A program made the position numbers and the translations under genes. Shown in pieces: positions 47,234 to 61,130 of a stretch of DNA of 64,000 nt. Source of the DNA: Bugula neritina (lineage: Eukaryota; Animalia; Bryozoa). A model generated the notes under the pieces. It was not told the DNA's origin. It searched no databases and worked only from the letters and a program-made list of their open reading frames with translations. The stretch lies in NCBI GenBank assembly GCA_964035545.1, contig OZ037766.1, positions 16,854,722 through 16,918,721 on the forward strand, read 5' to 3'. The number at the start of each line of letters is the position of its first letter. Position 1 is the stretch's first letter.

Positions 47234-50200
47234 CTAAGAGTTCCAAGTGTAGAAATATGTTTTCTGCCATTCAGGAAGATACGCTACGATGGAACCTAAA
47301 ACAAAAGAAAAACACGACTTTATTTTATCAAATAATGCTGCTAGTGTAAAGATCTAAACATAGTTAGTAAAAATGACACGAGATTAGGCAAACATTTTCA
47401 TGTGAATTTTTGTAACTGGCGTAGAAAACTTCAGCTGTGTGTAAAAGAACTGCTGAAAAAGTGCGTTCGGTGCTATATCTTATGCAAAATCAAAGCAATG
47501 AATTAAACGGAAAAGTTGACCTAATTTCAGTCAATACTCAATACATTAGCAAATGATTCACATTTATTTTACTCTTAAGAATAATACTTTTAATGATATA
47601 ATTTTACTCAAATTAGCATGTTTAGGCAAGCATAATGAAATGATGGCAAGTTTACAGATGCTTACCAGCAATAAACCTGAGTCCAGGGATAGATTGAAAT
47701 ACTGACAGCAAGCGGAGCAATCGCTGCCTACAATTCAACATAAATTTATAAACCAGAACACCTAATGGTATGCCTGATAGCAGTTAAAGTATAAGACTTA
47801 ACTGACTGCCTATAGAGTAGTGGCAGCATGTAGTAGTGGCAGCACTAAATACTAATTAAACGAACACAAGTTGACATGAGCCAGTATAAAACTGTATCAG
47901 CCCACAAACCGTATCCTTACTGGTTAGAACACACTCAATCCTCAGCAGAGTTACTGCTAGACAAAAACATGAAAGAAATTTTAAAACCACTTCATCTTCA
48001 AAAAGGATATTTGCACTGCTTCGAGAGTTATCTTAAGTAAGCCAAGCAATTTAACAGTTTTTGGAACTCAAAATCAATTTGGATAATGATTACAGTGCAT
48101 AATAATACATTAAAACAAGTTGAAAACAATTTAATATTTTCATATAGCTAATAGTACATTTAACTAAAAGTTGAGTTTCACAGCTTCTTTTTTTGAAACT
48201 TAAACTTTGAAATATAACATCTACATAACAGCTATTTTTTGCATGAGCTCACACCATTTTAGGTTTATGTTGTTCTCATTTCGATTTATAATTATTGCTG
48301 CATAAAAAATGGCACTAAATTGAGCTCAACTAATTTTCGAATTTTTAATAAATCTTTAAAAAATCAAATAACTAGCTGGTAAAACTAAATCCAATAAAAT
48401 ATTTTTTGTTCATCAATCAATAAGAGGGCAAAATATGTATGTTGATTGTGTCAAATTTCACTTGTTTCTCAGTGCTTATAAAATTGAAAAGCAAATGTTT
48501 GAAAAAAATCAAATCTTCTGCTAATTTCATTGAAATTACAAAATGACTCTCAGCCAATGAATTAAAATGCTAGTCATGTGGTTGAAACTACTTTTTATTA
48601 ACAATATTGTTTGCACAGTGCAATTAGATATAATTATAGTTTTATTTATTATGCGAGAAAGAGTAGAATGGCTTACTTGGTGACCCGGTCATAACAGGGT
48701 GAACGCAGAAGATACATCCATAATATAAACTTTCTGCGTACCAGTTCTGAATTCTCCTTCTTGCTATATCTGTAGTGGGACTGTTTCAGTATACCCAGAC
48801 TGGAATATGATGCAGCAAATTAGAATGCATATTTGGCAAGCCAAATGTAGTGCAACATCAACTCCAAGTAAAAACATTTAACTTGCATGTATTTAAAAGT
48901 GTGAGACGTCAATGTTCAGCCAGTCTACAAAACTACCCACCTTTCGCTACCAATAACAAGACCTTAGTAAAAACAATTGAGCTCAACAAGATTTCAAAAC
49001 CGTTTTAAGGAAAAAACCATTTGATCTATCCACTTTCAACCACCAGAAATTATAAAGTTTCAAAACAAAAATATGTAATTTATGCATCAAACTTACCTAG
49101 CAAGGTCTGTTATTATTGAAGCTATCCACGGTTTCCATGATTCTGCACCAAAACAAGCTTCTGTACCCACTAATAGAACTTAAGATGAGGAAAAGTATGA
49201 GATGAGAACTGAATGCAAAACTCACATGCATTTAGCATTATAATTTTTCATAGACATATAAGCTAATAGAATGTCAACTGTTGTTGACATTCTAAAGTCA
49301 TCATTATACTTAATTAACGGGTTATCTAACTTTAACACATGAAGTTGGTGGGACTACTCCCAGGGATAAGATAACTGAACACAATACTAACTAATCTACT
49401 AGAGTAATAGCACACAACTCAACAAGGATACAATGTATCAGCGGCTGTAAGTTATGTAGAGCCTCGCCCACCATCTGTCCCTTATCTAGCACAGTTTTGC
49501 CAACACTGACAGGGGCACTCGCCACACCTTGCCAGGATCCTGAAATATTTAGCAAGTTTTTGTTTAGTTTACACATTGACTCTCTATATCAATACAATTG
49601 ACATTATAAGTCATTTGATAGCATTTCAATATTGGTTTTGAAAAAGCATAACACGATATGAAATACAGATGCATTGTTAAATTTAATACGTGTAAAATAT
49701 ACTATTTGCACAGCCTCATTTAATGTCATTAAATTATTAAAATCAAACAAAAAAGAAGAGTATAGAAAAACAGAAATCTTGTTCTACCCATTTATCTGCT
49801 TATAAATGTTTGATGCCGTCACAAACAAAAAATCAGAATAAGCAAAAGGAGAAACTCAGCTGTTACACAACTATCAGGACTTACCCGTGTTAACAGACTT
49901 GATTTGTCGGCCAGAATGAGGCAATGTGTAATAGGTTTGATTATTAGAAGACTGGGAGTCGTCTGTCCTTTCTTCCACGCCATCCATGTGGATAGCTTTA
50001 CGGTTAAGTCTGTTTATTAGGGGAAAATATCTCAGACCTGACTTGTATTTAAGTTGTAGAACAAACCTGCCAATGGTTCTGAAAAAAGAGCAACCAAAAG
50101 CAACTCAGATAAGAATGATTTTGGTATTAAATGTAATGTGAACTGCCAATGTAAAAAACAATAATTCAACAACACAATAATACAAAAACTAAAAGTATTA

Positions 50201-51290
50201 ACTATGTTGAGGAATTTTATATAAACCCAAATAGCCCAGAAAAGAGAAAAATCCTTGAAAATGCAGAGCACTTACTTCAGCAGTTCAACACAGAATATAA
50301 GTATCCATTTAATATTGGGGTCAGCGTATCGCCTGGCAGCAATTTCTATAAATACTTCAACAGCTTCTAAGCAGGACAGTGCGATCTTCAGTCTCCTGGC
50401 ACCAGTTCCCTACGAAACCACCATGACAATGAGTATACATGTTTCCCAACAAAGTCCTCAAAACCATACATATATTTTTTTCACAATGACAAGATCAGAG
50501 AAAAATGAATTTAGATAAACAGTACTTTAACAAAATATATTAACTCTTTTACAATTTGCTGTTGGGGATTATAAAAAGCAGTAATAACCCCAAACCTGCA
50601 GAGTGTGCGAGCCATGCCGTTTACGGAGCATATAGTCATTGAAGAGCGTAAATAAACTTGATGAAGAATACATCAACTCAGCTATTACAGTGGAATGTGA
50701 CTTGGAAATTCGACCAGCCACCAAATAGGAGAGTGTTTTCATCCATGATTCTACCTGTAACACATACTACTTTTTGCCAGTGTCTGACAGTTTTAGCAAT
50801 GAACGCCAAATACCTTAAAGATGCCGCACAAACACAAACTCTGTGCTAATACTCTGCAAATATAACTTTTGAAAAAAATCAAGTGGATATAGACAAAAAC
50901 CCCAATGACTTATTTTTACACATGAACATTAAAATGAAGTACAGGCATATTTAAATGATCTAAAATTTGCCATATGACCACAGTTTATGGCAATTTACTG
51001 AAAGAAATTATTTGATAGTTTAGGCTACATGCAAAAAATTATTATGAGATAATGAAGCAAAACAATTTTAAAACACAAACTACAAGAATATGTGAGAGAT
51101 GAATGCAGCTAAGAATTCAATTGAAAAGTAAATAATTATTAACACCAATAGTCCATCTATGTTACCTGAATCAAGTATACATTGAGACTAAGGAAATACT
51201 CACTGCAGTTACCAACTCCACATTGTTGCTCAAATAGTCAACATATCGTTTCAATGCGTTATCCACACTCTTCTTTATAGCTTCACTCAT
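47234..51290 (-). CDS. PEX16: Peroxisomal biogenesis factor 16 (333 aa, 9 coding exons)
   Basis: Exons 51290-51204, 50754-50596, 50409-50276, 50078-49885, 49539-49432, 49169-49097, 48799-48677, 47727-47666 and 47295-47234 give 1002 nt in frame. Motifs SYLVAGR, ELMYS..NDYMLRK, LEAVEVFIE, SWKPW, ELVRR..YLLRSPCYD and YLPEWQKTYFYTW match recalled PEX16. Confidence 0.96.
49170..49431 (-). other. U12-type (minor spliceosome) GT-AG intron in PEX16
   Basis: 5' splice site GTATCCTT; branch-like ATCTTAAG ending 9 nt before the exon; phase 1. Confidence 0.82.
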
Positions 51291-52379
51291 CTTTAATGTG
51301 GAGGATTTCTATAAAATTACACATTATATAGTCACTACTGAGCATTCAATAACAAATGTAAATTCAACTGAAATAATATCCCAGCTATAACTATAACTAG
51401 ATGCCTTTAAATAGTGTTAAACTTTTATTACGTCTAAATAATTTTTTCACCATGTCAGCCCAGACACAATTTACATCACCAATATCAAATATAATAAATT
51501 ACACTAATCTGTTACATCAAATTAAGTCTGCTGACAAGCTGAAACACTTTATAATTTGAGAAAAGCAGCTGCAAGTAGAAGCTCCAAATTTGAATATTTT
51601 ACATTACAGCACTTGCTAAGTAGATTGCTACAATATTATATTGTAAGCTGTAAATTTGTCAGCTAATGAGACACCACCTTATGTCATTTTATGACTTAAA
51701 AATCATTATGCAGGTTCTTTAACCCGCAGCGTTGTTATACATATATAAAACAATTACTAAATCACAATTGCAACTAAACAGTATTTCAAGTACCACAAGT
51801 ACCGAAATTCATGTTGAATACACAAGTTGTGATTTATTAGCAAGGTCTTTGTGAGTCCAGCAACCATCTAAAATTTTTTGAAGTAATTCAAATAAACTAC
51901 TCTAAACTCAGATGCAGTAATGAGTTTAGAAAAAGCATATGTTCTTAATGAGAAGTGTCCCAATTTAAAAGTTATGTCGAGGCGATAATTTTAACCATCA
52001 CACCGAACAAAAACTTAGAGATAATTAATTAACCTAGGAGGTTGGAATTTCTACTTTGCAGCATCCAAGCAACTCAGTTGATACTGAGTCTTTTTCTAAA
52101 ACTAGGGTGGCGTCTCTTAATATTGTAAAAAATAAATAGCTAATTTTTTCACAGTTATTTTGAAAACACTGTCTGATTTTATGTGAGCTTTCACAGCTTG
52201 TGCAGTTCGTAATTGTATTTATAGAATGTTTATTTGTATTGGTATACATTATTTCGAGGATTTTTAGTTGCAGTTGGGTGATAGATAACACAATGGTTAA
52301 ACTACAATGGTTTTTTTTTAGCTCCCATTGCACTCATTACACAATGTAATGTTTAATCAGCATCGGGAAGTTGGTGTAG

Positions 52380-53065
52380 TTCTACACTAAGCTGCTTGTC
52401 CTTCATGCCAGTTAAAAGTCCATATTCTAAATTACAGTGTTTTGATCTCCTAATTCACATTTGTTTACAAGGAAATTTAAATAACATATGTATTCCTCAT
52501 TTGTTTCGTTGGGAAGCTGAGCTCTTGAATTAAATTTTACCATAGAGTGTGTTAGATTTGATTTCGGCTGAAAGTAGTCTAAAGCTTTCACCACATTAGC
52601 ACATGTACATTTCACTTCAGATGGCAGCCACTTGAATCTCTTCTCTATAGTGTACAGTATGAGTTATATTTGGTATTCTTCCGACTCAGCACTAGCTTTT
52701 GACATTCAATGAAATATTTCATACATTTTCCTCTATTCGGGCCACATTTCAGGATGGGAAAAGTCAAAGTTCTGAAATGACTGCAGAGCCATACTGCATT
52801 AGTTGGTCTGTCGTCAATATCCAGCTAATTTATTTGAATTGTGATTAAACTCTCCAGCTATAAATTGTCCACGTTTGCTTATAGTCTTTACTCTGACACC
52901 ACGTCTTAATGGCTTGATTTGTTCCTATTAATTTGTAGGTGTTTATCAAAATGTGGATCATTTACTGGCTTATTAGGTTGAATGTTTATCATACAAAACA
53001 CAGTATTTATATAGATACAATAAGTGAGAGGAGCTTATAATATAAGCAAATATCATATTATGACA
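52380..53065 (-). mobile_element. Decayed Gypsy 5' end: LTR (53065-52902), PBS and gag remnant
   Basis: PBS-like TGGTGTCAGAGT right after the LTR (52901 downward). Gag remnant FDFSHPEMWPE..YFQPKSN..KFNSRAQLPNETNEEYI..KCELGD with stops. Confidence 0.75.
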
Positions 53066-55022
53066 TATTATAGTGGTAATGCAAGCGTGGTTGGTAATAG
53101 TACCATACTCATAGTGACATTCATATTAATACTCGTAGTTATACTATTACCAATACTAAAAGTGAAATCAAACTGAATACTCAATATTGTACTTAAACTT
53201 AATGCTTAAATTTATCACTTTTACTTCAACTATGTTTATACTTTATAACAATTACAATGAGTGAGTTACTCACTAGCACCATCACTCATAGTGACTGAAT
53301 ATGGCAACTAAATATAGCAACATAATTATGATTTATACTTATATTAATATTATAGTAGTACATAATTACTTACTTAAAAAACTTAAACACATAATAAATA
53401 ACCATAATGTAAATGATAATCGATAAATTAACAATTACTATTAGTCAATGGAAACGTTATACCTACTAGCTATTAACTATTGTGATTTCCATAATAACCG
53501 TGATTGAAATTTTGATTCTAATTTAAAACCGGTTACAAACTAAAACTATGAACTTAAAGTTCATTTTGCAGTTTCACTTTGATAACAATTTGAGTTTAAG
53601 TTTTACTTTTAGTTGAAAGTTGTCATGCTTACTGAGAATACCATCAGGTCAACATTGGTGTTATTTATTTCATTTGTGATTTACCGCCATTACAAATATG
53701 ATACTTTTACTCGCACTGATACCCAACAGTCACCATGAGTATCGTGTATCAGTACGATTATCACGCCCACAATGATGCTGACAGTAAACGTGACTGTGAG
53801 TGAGTGTAACTAATAACTGTATTACTGCATGAGATGGAGTTGAATTTTACGTTTAACTTTATATGTAAAACAAGAAGGATATTTATTTATTAGTATTAAT
53901 ATTACGTTACTGGTACATGAAATTGGTGATCATGACACACAATTTTTCAACATCTACAAGTAAATTTAATTGTATTTGTAGTGGCTTCGGTAACTGAAAT
54001 AACTATTTTCAATTCTCATGACACAGGTAAAATAATTATACTCGTTGATTTAGACTGTAAACTGAAACTTATTAGGTCTAAATAGGAAGGTATGCTGTAC
54101 AGCCTCGCGAGGTTGAAATGCAGCCTTTGTCACAAAATATTTTTACAGCGTGCCCTCTTGAACCGTTAAAGTATGAGCTCTAAGCATACATTTTTACTTT
54201 TTTTATTATTTATATAAAGACAGCGTGTAAAAACAGATCATTGCTTTTGCATTTCAAGAAAGTTTCATTGTAAACTTAAAGATGTAGAACAATAAATTTT
54301 ATAAACCACCAATAACCGATAACTTATATATAATTAGTACTCCATGTAAATACTAATGATAATCAGTTACATATAGCAATGAGTTATAATTAAAGTAAGT
54401 ATATTATTTTAATACAGACGCTTACGGCTTATACTGATACTTTAACAATAACTTTTAGTTTTAGTTTTACTTTATAATTAATATTATTTATTTATATTAA
54501 TTATAATATTATAACTAATAGTAATACTAATAGTAATAGTAATACTAATACTATAAGTATAACTATAAGTATATGACTATAAGTTTATTTACTTTTAGTT
54601 TTACAATTTGAATTACTTTTACTTTTAGTATAACTATGAGTACCTATCCGTATATTTTTTAGTTTTACTTGAAAATTTCAAGTTAGTCGAATACTATCGC
54701 TATCACTCAGTATCAGTATGAGTAGCACTATCACTATGATATTGAGACTAAGTCTGTATGTATCTGTATGAAGTAGATCCTGCAGCGGATTCCGTAGGAT
54801 CATCGTGCAAGCCTCAGAGATCAACGAGTTACTATAAGTATAATAGTAATAGAAAAAAAAAAATTTTTTTTAACTTTTTGTTAATGTATAAAGCAAAATA
54901 AAATGTATTGATGTATTGTAAGTATAACAATCTGAATCACAATGTGAATGACATTAGGTTCAACTATAATAATATAAAATTAAATGCTATATTTAATAAT
55001 TATTATTGTTATTATTATTATT

Positions 55023-58000
55023 GGTTGTATCACAGCTTTTAGCTGGTGTAACCTTCTACCATTGGCCTAGTTCCACTAGGCTAGGATGGATAGAACTTTC
55101 CTCAAGATGTGAGCTGATCCTAGTAAGGCTGTCTGCTGAATCAGTGGGTATTTGTTTTTAGCTACTCCAAGTAGTGCCATCCAGTCTACAGTCTTGTGTG
55201 AAGCTCCAAGGGCTCCAATTACAATGGGGATGACTTTTGTTATTTTCCAAAGGCGGGTTAACTGTAGTGCTAAATCCTGATATTTTCCTATCTTCTCTGA
55301 TTTTTTTTCTTTTACTCTGTAGTCACCAGGAACCGCGATATCAATTATTGTTGTTTCAGCATTATGCCTGTAAACTACTACTACTATATCAGACCTCCTA
55401 GCTTCGATGACTCTGTCGGTGTTTATGTTGAAGTCCCACAATATTTTTACATTGTCATTCTCCAGTACTGATTTTGCTCGGTGGTCGTACCAATTTTTGC
55501 TTCTCTGAAATCCATAAAGTTCACACAACTCCTAGTAAATTATCGATGCCACATGGTCATGTCTTCTCTTATATTCTCCTTGTGCTAACTTCTCACATTC
55601 ACTCAGTATATGCATCACAGTGTCGTCTCTTGCATTACACAACCAGCACTTCTTGCTACCTTGTTCTTTCATTATAGCTACTTTATAATTTCTAGTAGAG
55701 AGTGCTTGATTTTGCGCAGCCAACAGTAGTCCTTCTGTTTCCTTTTTCAACCAACAACATTTCTACCATTTCCATGAGTACGTTTTCATGTCCTCCACCT
55801 TTCTGATGTACTGACCATGTAGAGCCTTTTCTTTCCACCCATCAGTTCTCTCTACCGATTTATCGTTCTTGAGTTCTATCGCTGTTTTGTCCTTAAGGAA
55901 GGTATTCAGAGTGGTGTCTCCATCAGTGCATGTCCTCGTTATGTAATCTGACATGCTGCATTATTCAATCTTTACAGATTCTTCAATTGACACCATCCCT
56001 CTGCAGCCTTCCTTTCTGCTAACATACAGCCTCTCTACATCTGCTCTTGGGTGGAGTGCACGATTTATTGTCATAAGCTTCCTTGTCTTTCTCTTCATGT
56101 CTTGTAGTTCATCAGCAGTCCAGTCAAGTATTCCAGTTGTGTAACGCACTGATGCTACTGCCCAAGTGTTTATTGCTTTGATTGTATTACCTCCATTCAG
56201 TTTAAATTTCAGAACTTTTCTTAGTCGTTTATAGTACTCCTTCCTGATCTTATTTTTCATTTCATTCATTTTTATTCTATCAGTCTCAAAAACTCCTAGA
56301 TACTTATACGGTTCCTCATCTAGATCTTTGGTTACCTGTTCATCAGGCATAGTGATTCCTGTGTCTTCAATTTTCTTTCCTCTTTTCATAACCAGTGTGG
56401 CACATTTCTGTAATCCAAATTTAATTTCTACATCTTTTGTGAAGATCCTAGCAGTGTTCACCAAAACTTTCAGTCCTGGCTTCGATTTCCTATATAGCTT
56501 CAAGTCATCCATATATATAAGGTGGTTTATTTTTCTGCTCTGTCGAAACTTGTATCCTTGAGTCGCTTCTTTCATTAGAACTGATAGAGGGATAAGAGCA
56601 GTCACAAAGAGGAGTGGAAATGAAGAGTCTCCTTGAAAAATTCCTCGGTTGCTGTCTATTCCTCCCATCTTTTCTCCAAGGTACTCCAGTTGTGTTTTCC
56701 AAGACTTCATGCATTTTCTTATCAACCTTATCACATTATCAGCCATTCCAGTTAGTTGCATTGTTTCTAAGATCCATGAGTATGGTATCATGTCATATGC
56801 TTTTTGATAGTCTATCCAACACATTACTAGATTAGTACTTCTCTTTTTCAAGTCACACATGATTGCCTTATCAAGCATGAGATGATCTTTAGCGCCCCTT
56901 GACTTTCTAATGCAGCCTTTTTGTTCTTTCCAATGACATTTTGCTCTGAGAGATGATCTTACAGTTTGTCAGCTAATATGCCTGTCAATGTTTTCCACAT
57001 AAATGGTAAGCAGGTAATTGGTCTATAGTTTCCCGGCTGCCTCCCTTTAGCTGGATCCTTCATTATCAATGCTGTTTTGCCTGATGTCATCCATTCTGGG
57101 ACATTCCCGTTATCCAAGCACTTCTGCAGGTGATTAGCAATCAGTATATGCAGCTTCGTCAGGTGTTTAATCCAGTATCCTTAAACCCCATCTGGTCCTG
57201 GTGTTTTCCTATTAGGCATTTTGCTTATCTTCTTCACATCAGTCACTGTAATGCTCAAGTATTATGGTATTATGTTTAGTTGGCTGACCCCAAATGTTTT
57301 GCCAAAATGCTTTTGACTCTTCCTTGTTAGGTGCCTCTTTAGATATACATTTAGTTCCTTGTAATTCTTGATAGAAGCGCTTTTCATTGTTTGTAAACAT
57401 CCTGTTCTGGTTATACTGTTCCACTCGTTATGTATATCTTTTTATCTTCTGACTTACAGCTCTCAGGTTTTGCTTCAGTTCTTCAATCACTACATCATAT
57501 CCTTTGTTCTTTATCCTATATTTTCATCAAGCCTTCTCAATGGATCATTGTAAGGTCTTCTTTTGCACTCTATTACTTTACTCAAGTCTGATCTAATTTC
57601 TCTTGATTTGTTCTGTAGTCGTACTTTCCATGCTGGTACATTGCTAGGTTTTCTTCTTTCCTTGTTGTTAAACACTTGTTCTGTTACTATTATTGCACAA
57701 GCCATGATGGTGTCATTGAGCTCAGTGATATTATTAATCTCAACACAGTCTAGCACTTCGTTAATCTGTCTTACTGCCTGAAGTAATTTGACCCTCTCAA
57801 TGTGCCTAAGGACGCTTAGTTTTGGTCGATCATTAGCTAATCTGCTACGCTCATCTATAATTTTTTCAACTAGTACTTTTGCTGCCTTTGAACTAGGTAC
57901 TCTTGAAATTCTTATCGTTGGTTCATCAGGTATCTCATGCTGAACTATAACATCCTCTTCTATGTCTCGATCTAGCTCTTCATGATCTTCTTCATCAACT

Positions 58001-58301
58001 GTTGTGCCTTGTTCTTGCAAGGTACCTTCTTCAATCTCATGAAGTTCTTCCTCTGTGAAATGCTTGTGTTTCTTTATAGTTCTTGCTTGATCTACTAGTC
58101 TCTGTTCGCTGATGTCAAATTCTCCTCTTTCCTTCCAGAGTTCATACATTCTTTTTCTATAACCCCTCACTCCAGGTCTACTTTTGAAGTAGCATTCCAT
58201 AACAGCTTTGTTTTTTTCTCTTGAGTATCTTCTTGTAGTTGTGCCAGTAACAGGTTGACGACTGTAGATTGCCTGGTCCCCCACATACCCACTGCCGGAT
58301 G
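55023..58301 (-). mobile_element. Near full-length, disrupted R4/Dong-clade non-LTR retrotransposon (RT plus restriction-like endonuclease)
   Basis: One ancestral ORF broken into pieces: N-terminal [75 protein letters not shown]. (TAA)n tracts at both ends (55001-55022 and 58303-58318). Confidence 0.92.
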
Positions 58302-58959
58302 ATATTATTATTATTATTTTTAAATTTAATGTATTACTAGTACCATTAGTACTACTAGTATTACTGTTAGTATTACGGTATTAGAAATAGTATTACTAAT
58401 AGTATAACTTTAACTATATACTAACTTCAACAGTAACATCGATATTATCGGGTTCACGATTAGTATCGAGTATTGCTATTGTCTATTAGTATTACTATTA
58501 GTATTACTAATACTATTATTATAACTATGGGAATGTCTATAGCAATATTATACATCAATTTAAAATTAATTATGAGCATTAAACTTGTTCCTATTAAATA
58601 CTAGATAGTGAATACTGAATAGCAATTAGAAGAAGAGTATTTCAAGTAAAATAAATAGAATTTTTCAACTATCATTATGTTATAATTTCGGGTTGAAATT
58701 ATTGATTAATATCACTGTAATAAATTATACTGTTTTGTTTAGTATGAGTATGGGTATTAGTATTACTGTGACTATGTCAAAAGATAAAATGATAAGTTAG
58801 TAAATAGATAATAGTTATAAAAACATGAAATATTTGGTACCTCATATAGGCCTACACTTTATTGACCATTATCATGTGATAAATGTAATAGTATACATTT
58901 AAATTTTCTAAACATTTCAGAAAATAAAATCTGTATTAATCAAAACAGACTTTAGTCAG

Positions 58960-60000
58960 CAGAGGAAAAAATTATAGATATGAAGCAATTTTCCATATCT
59001 ACAAATGTGACAGGTCTGAGGCTATTTGTAGGACTTGTTAACTTTTTAAATGAAAAATCCATGTCTAATCTTGCTAACATTTGTCACTCAACAAACTGTT
59101 ACATAGATAAGTAAAATTGCTATGGCCATCTCAATGTGAATATGCATTTTAAAATTTAATACAACTCCGACAGTTGTAAGCATTGCCATACGGTATAATG
59201 TTGAGACTCTTTAGTGCTTGCATAGTTCTAAGGTGTTTTCATGTTTACTTATATGGGGACAAATTGACATTGATAGCGCATTATCAATATCCTACCACTA
59301 TATTTAGAAGCGAGGTAGGCATTTTAATTCATCAATTATACAAGAAGGCCATACTGTGTGACCACATACATGCTATGTTAAGCTGAACAAAAAACCTTCA
59401 GAGAAAACCAATGTTGCTGGCATGTCAATGTTACTTTTATCTTGCAACTAATTCTATTTCCAAACAGCTTTAGCAATTCAGGGAAGATTAGTAGCCAACT
59501 TTGCCCGTCATATTCAGAAACATCAGAATATTCATAAAAAGATATAGCAACACTATGTTGAGGAAACAGAGCCGCAGCTGTGTTTTACATGTACATGCTG
59601 TAATGCGCTATTTGCCTACTTTAGTCAGTCACCTCTGATATTGAATGAATTTTGTAGTAGCCATGTTAAAGTTTTACTGTCATGGTAACCTTGGTTATTA
59701 TGAAATAAAGTCCTTATTTAAAACATGTATGTAATATCGCCATAATCTACATGTGTCAAAATCACACCTACTACTTTCTAAAAAGATTGTGGCAGAGGGA
59801 ATAGATAACCACATATTTTCAGTTGGCTTTGGTAGAAAATCAACGTGGCTTGAATGTATATAAAATCATTTGGTGTCGTATTGCTGCCTTCAACTCTATC
59901 TTCACACCCTGTGGCCTCTCTCGATGGGTGGTAAGCCATGATAGTCCATAATTTTCATCTGTTGAGATTACCAATTGTATGCCAATAAATAGTAAACAAT
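58960..60000 (+). mobile_element. Heavily decayed Gypsy pol remnant (RNase H / integrase)
   Basis: Fragments LRLFVGLVNF, FHVYLYGDKLTL and LWQRE in the order expected for LRxFLGLVNY, FHxYLYGRKFTL and PWQR; many frameshifts. Confidence 0.5.
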
Positions 60001-60369
60001 GCCAACATACTATTCAAAATTCAACAAACAAGTCTTCGGAGCATAGATTAAGCCAGTTTCCATTGAATACGATCCACTCTACACATGAATAGTCAAAGCG
60101 GGTTTTGGGGTAAAATTTAAAAATAGAATTGGGTTTCTTTAAGGAACATCCACAAGCAAAGTTAAGTTCTTACTAGCAGCATTGCCAATAATTGCTATTC
60201 AATTATAGTTTTAATTTACTAGGTATAGAAATATTGCATTTAAAATAAAAATTAACCAATTTTATTTTATTTAGCAGTAACCATTATGAATATCACTTTC
60301 ATAAATTGGAAAAGTAAAAATAAACTTGTTTTAAGAAGTAGCTGTACAAAATAATAAACTAATCTTATG

Positions 60370-60775
60370 CTAAACCTGCAAAGTGTAGCTATACGGTTAC
60401 CACTATCCATGTGTTTATCACTTCTATGATATTCTCTATAATATTTAGTTTCCATTCCAGAACTTTTTTTTATTTATTTATACTACTCATTTTTTATTTT
60501 ATTTTTCAATTCTTACATTTTTTTATCTGTCTCCAGAACTCCAAAGTACTTATGCAACTCTTCATCGAGATCTTTTATCACCTGTTTATCAGGCGGATTT
60601 ATTTCTGTGTTTTCAGTTGCTAGTATCCCTTGACTTTCTAGTTTCTAATGCATTCTTTTTGTTCTTCTCCATTGACATTTTGACTTGAAAGGTGATCATA
60701 CACCTCGATTTTCATCTCCCTTCTCATAACCAGTGTGGCACACTATGCTACTTTGAATTTTATTTCTACATCTCT
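60370..60775 (-). mobile_element. Decayed internal fragment of the Dong/R4 family
   Basis: Colinear with ~56130-56440 (CAGAACTTTT; GTCTC.A.AACTCC.A..TACTTAT; CATAACCAGTGTGGCACA). Confidence 0.7.
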
Positions 60776-61053
60776 TTAGCAATAATATACTAACACGATA
60801 TGCGGTAATTCATTATTTTGAAATATTTTTAACCCGGTGTTGAGATTCTTTTACATAACCAATTCATAAAGATGTATATTTTGATGTAAAAGTGGTGCAC
60901 TAATGATATGAAAAATGCTCAGCCACATTTTGCCACAAGATTATTACCATGACTACAGTGAAACAATTAGTGGCGCATGGCTCATTTACTAATTCATGGT
61001 TACTATAGTTACTATAGTGAGCATTTAATTATTTACTAGCTTTCTGTTTACAG

Positions 61054-61130
61054 GATGGTAAATGACACAGTTTCTCTTCAGTTCCTTTGTGAGGTTCAAC
61101 AGTAAAGGCACACAGCTACTATAATTGTTG
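61054..61130 (+). other. Candidate 5' UTR exon of the Kelch-like gene containing a 16-aa uORF
   Basis: TTTACAG| acceptor and TTG|GTAAGT donor; ATG 61055 to TAA 61105. Confidence 0.45.

Noticed and set aside
47876-47958. Extra PEX16 exon or intronic snoRNA
   Set aside because: In-frame stop in the required phase, the protein is complete without it, and no convincing C/D or H/ACA boxes.
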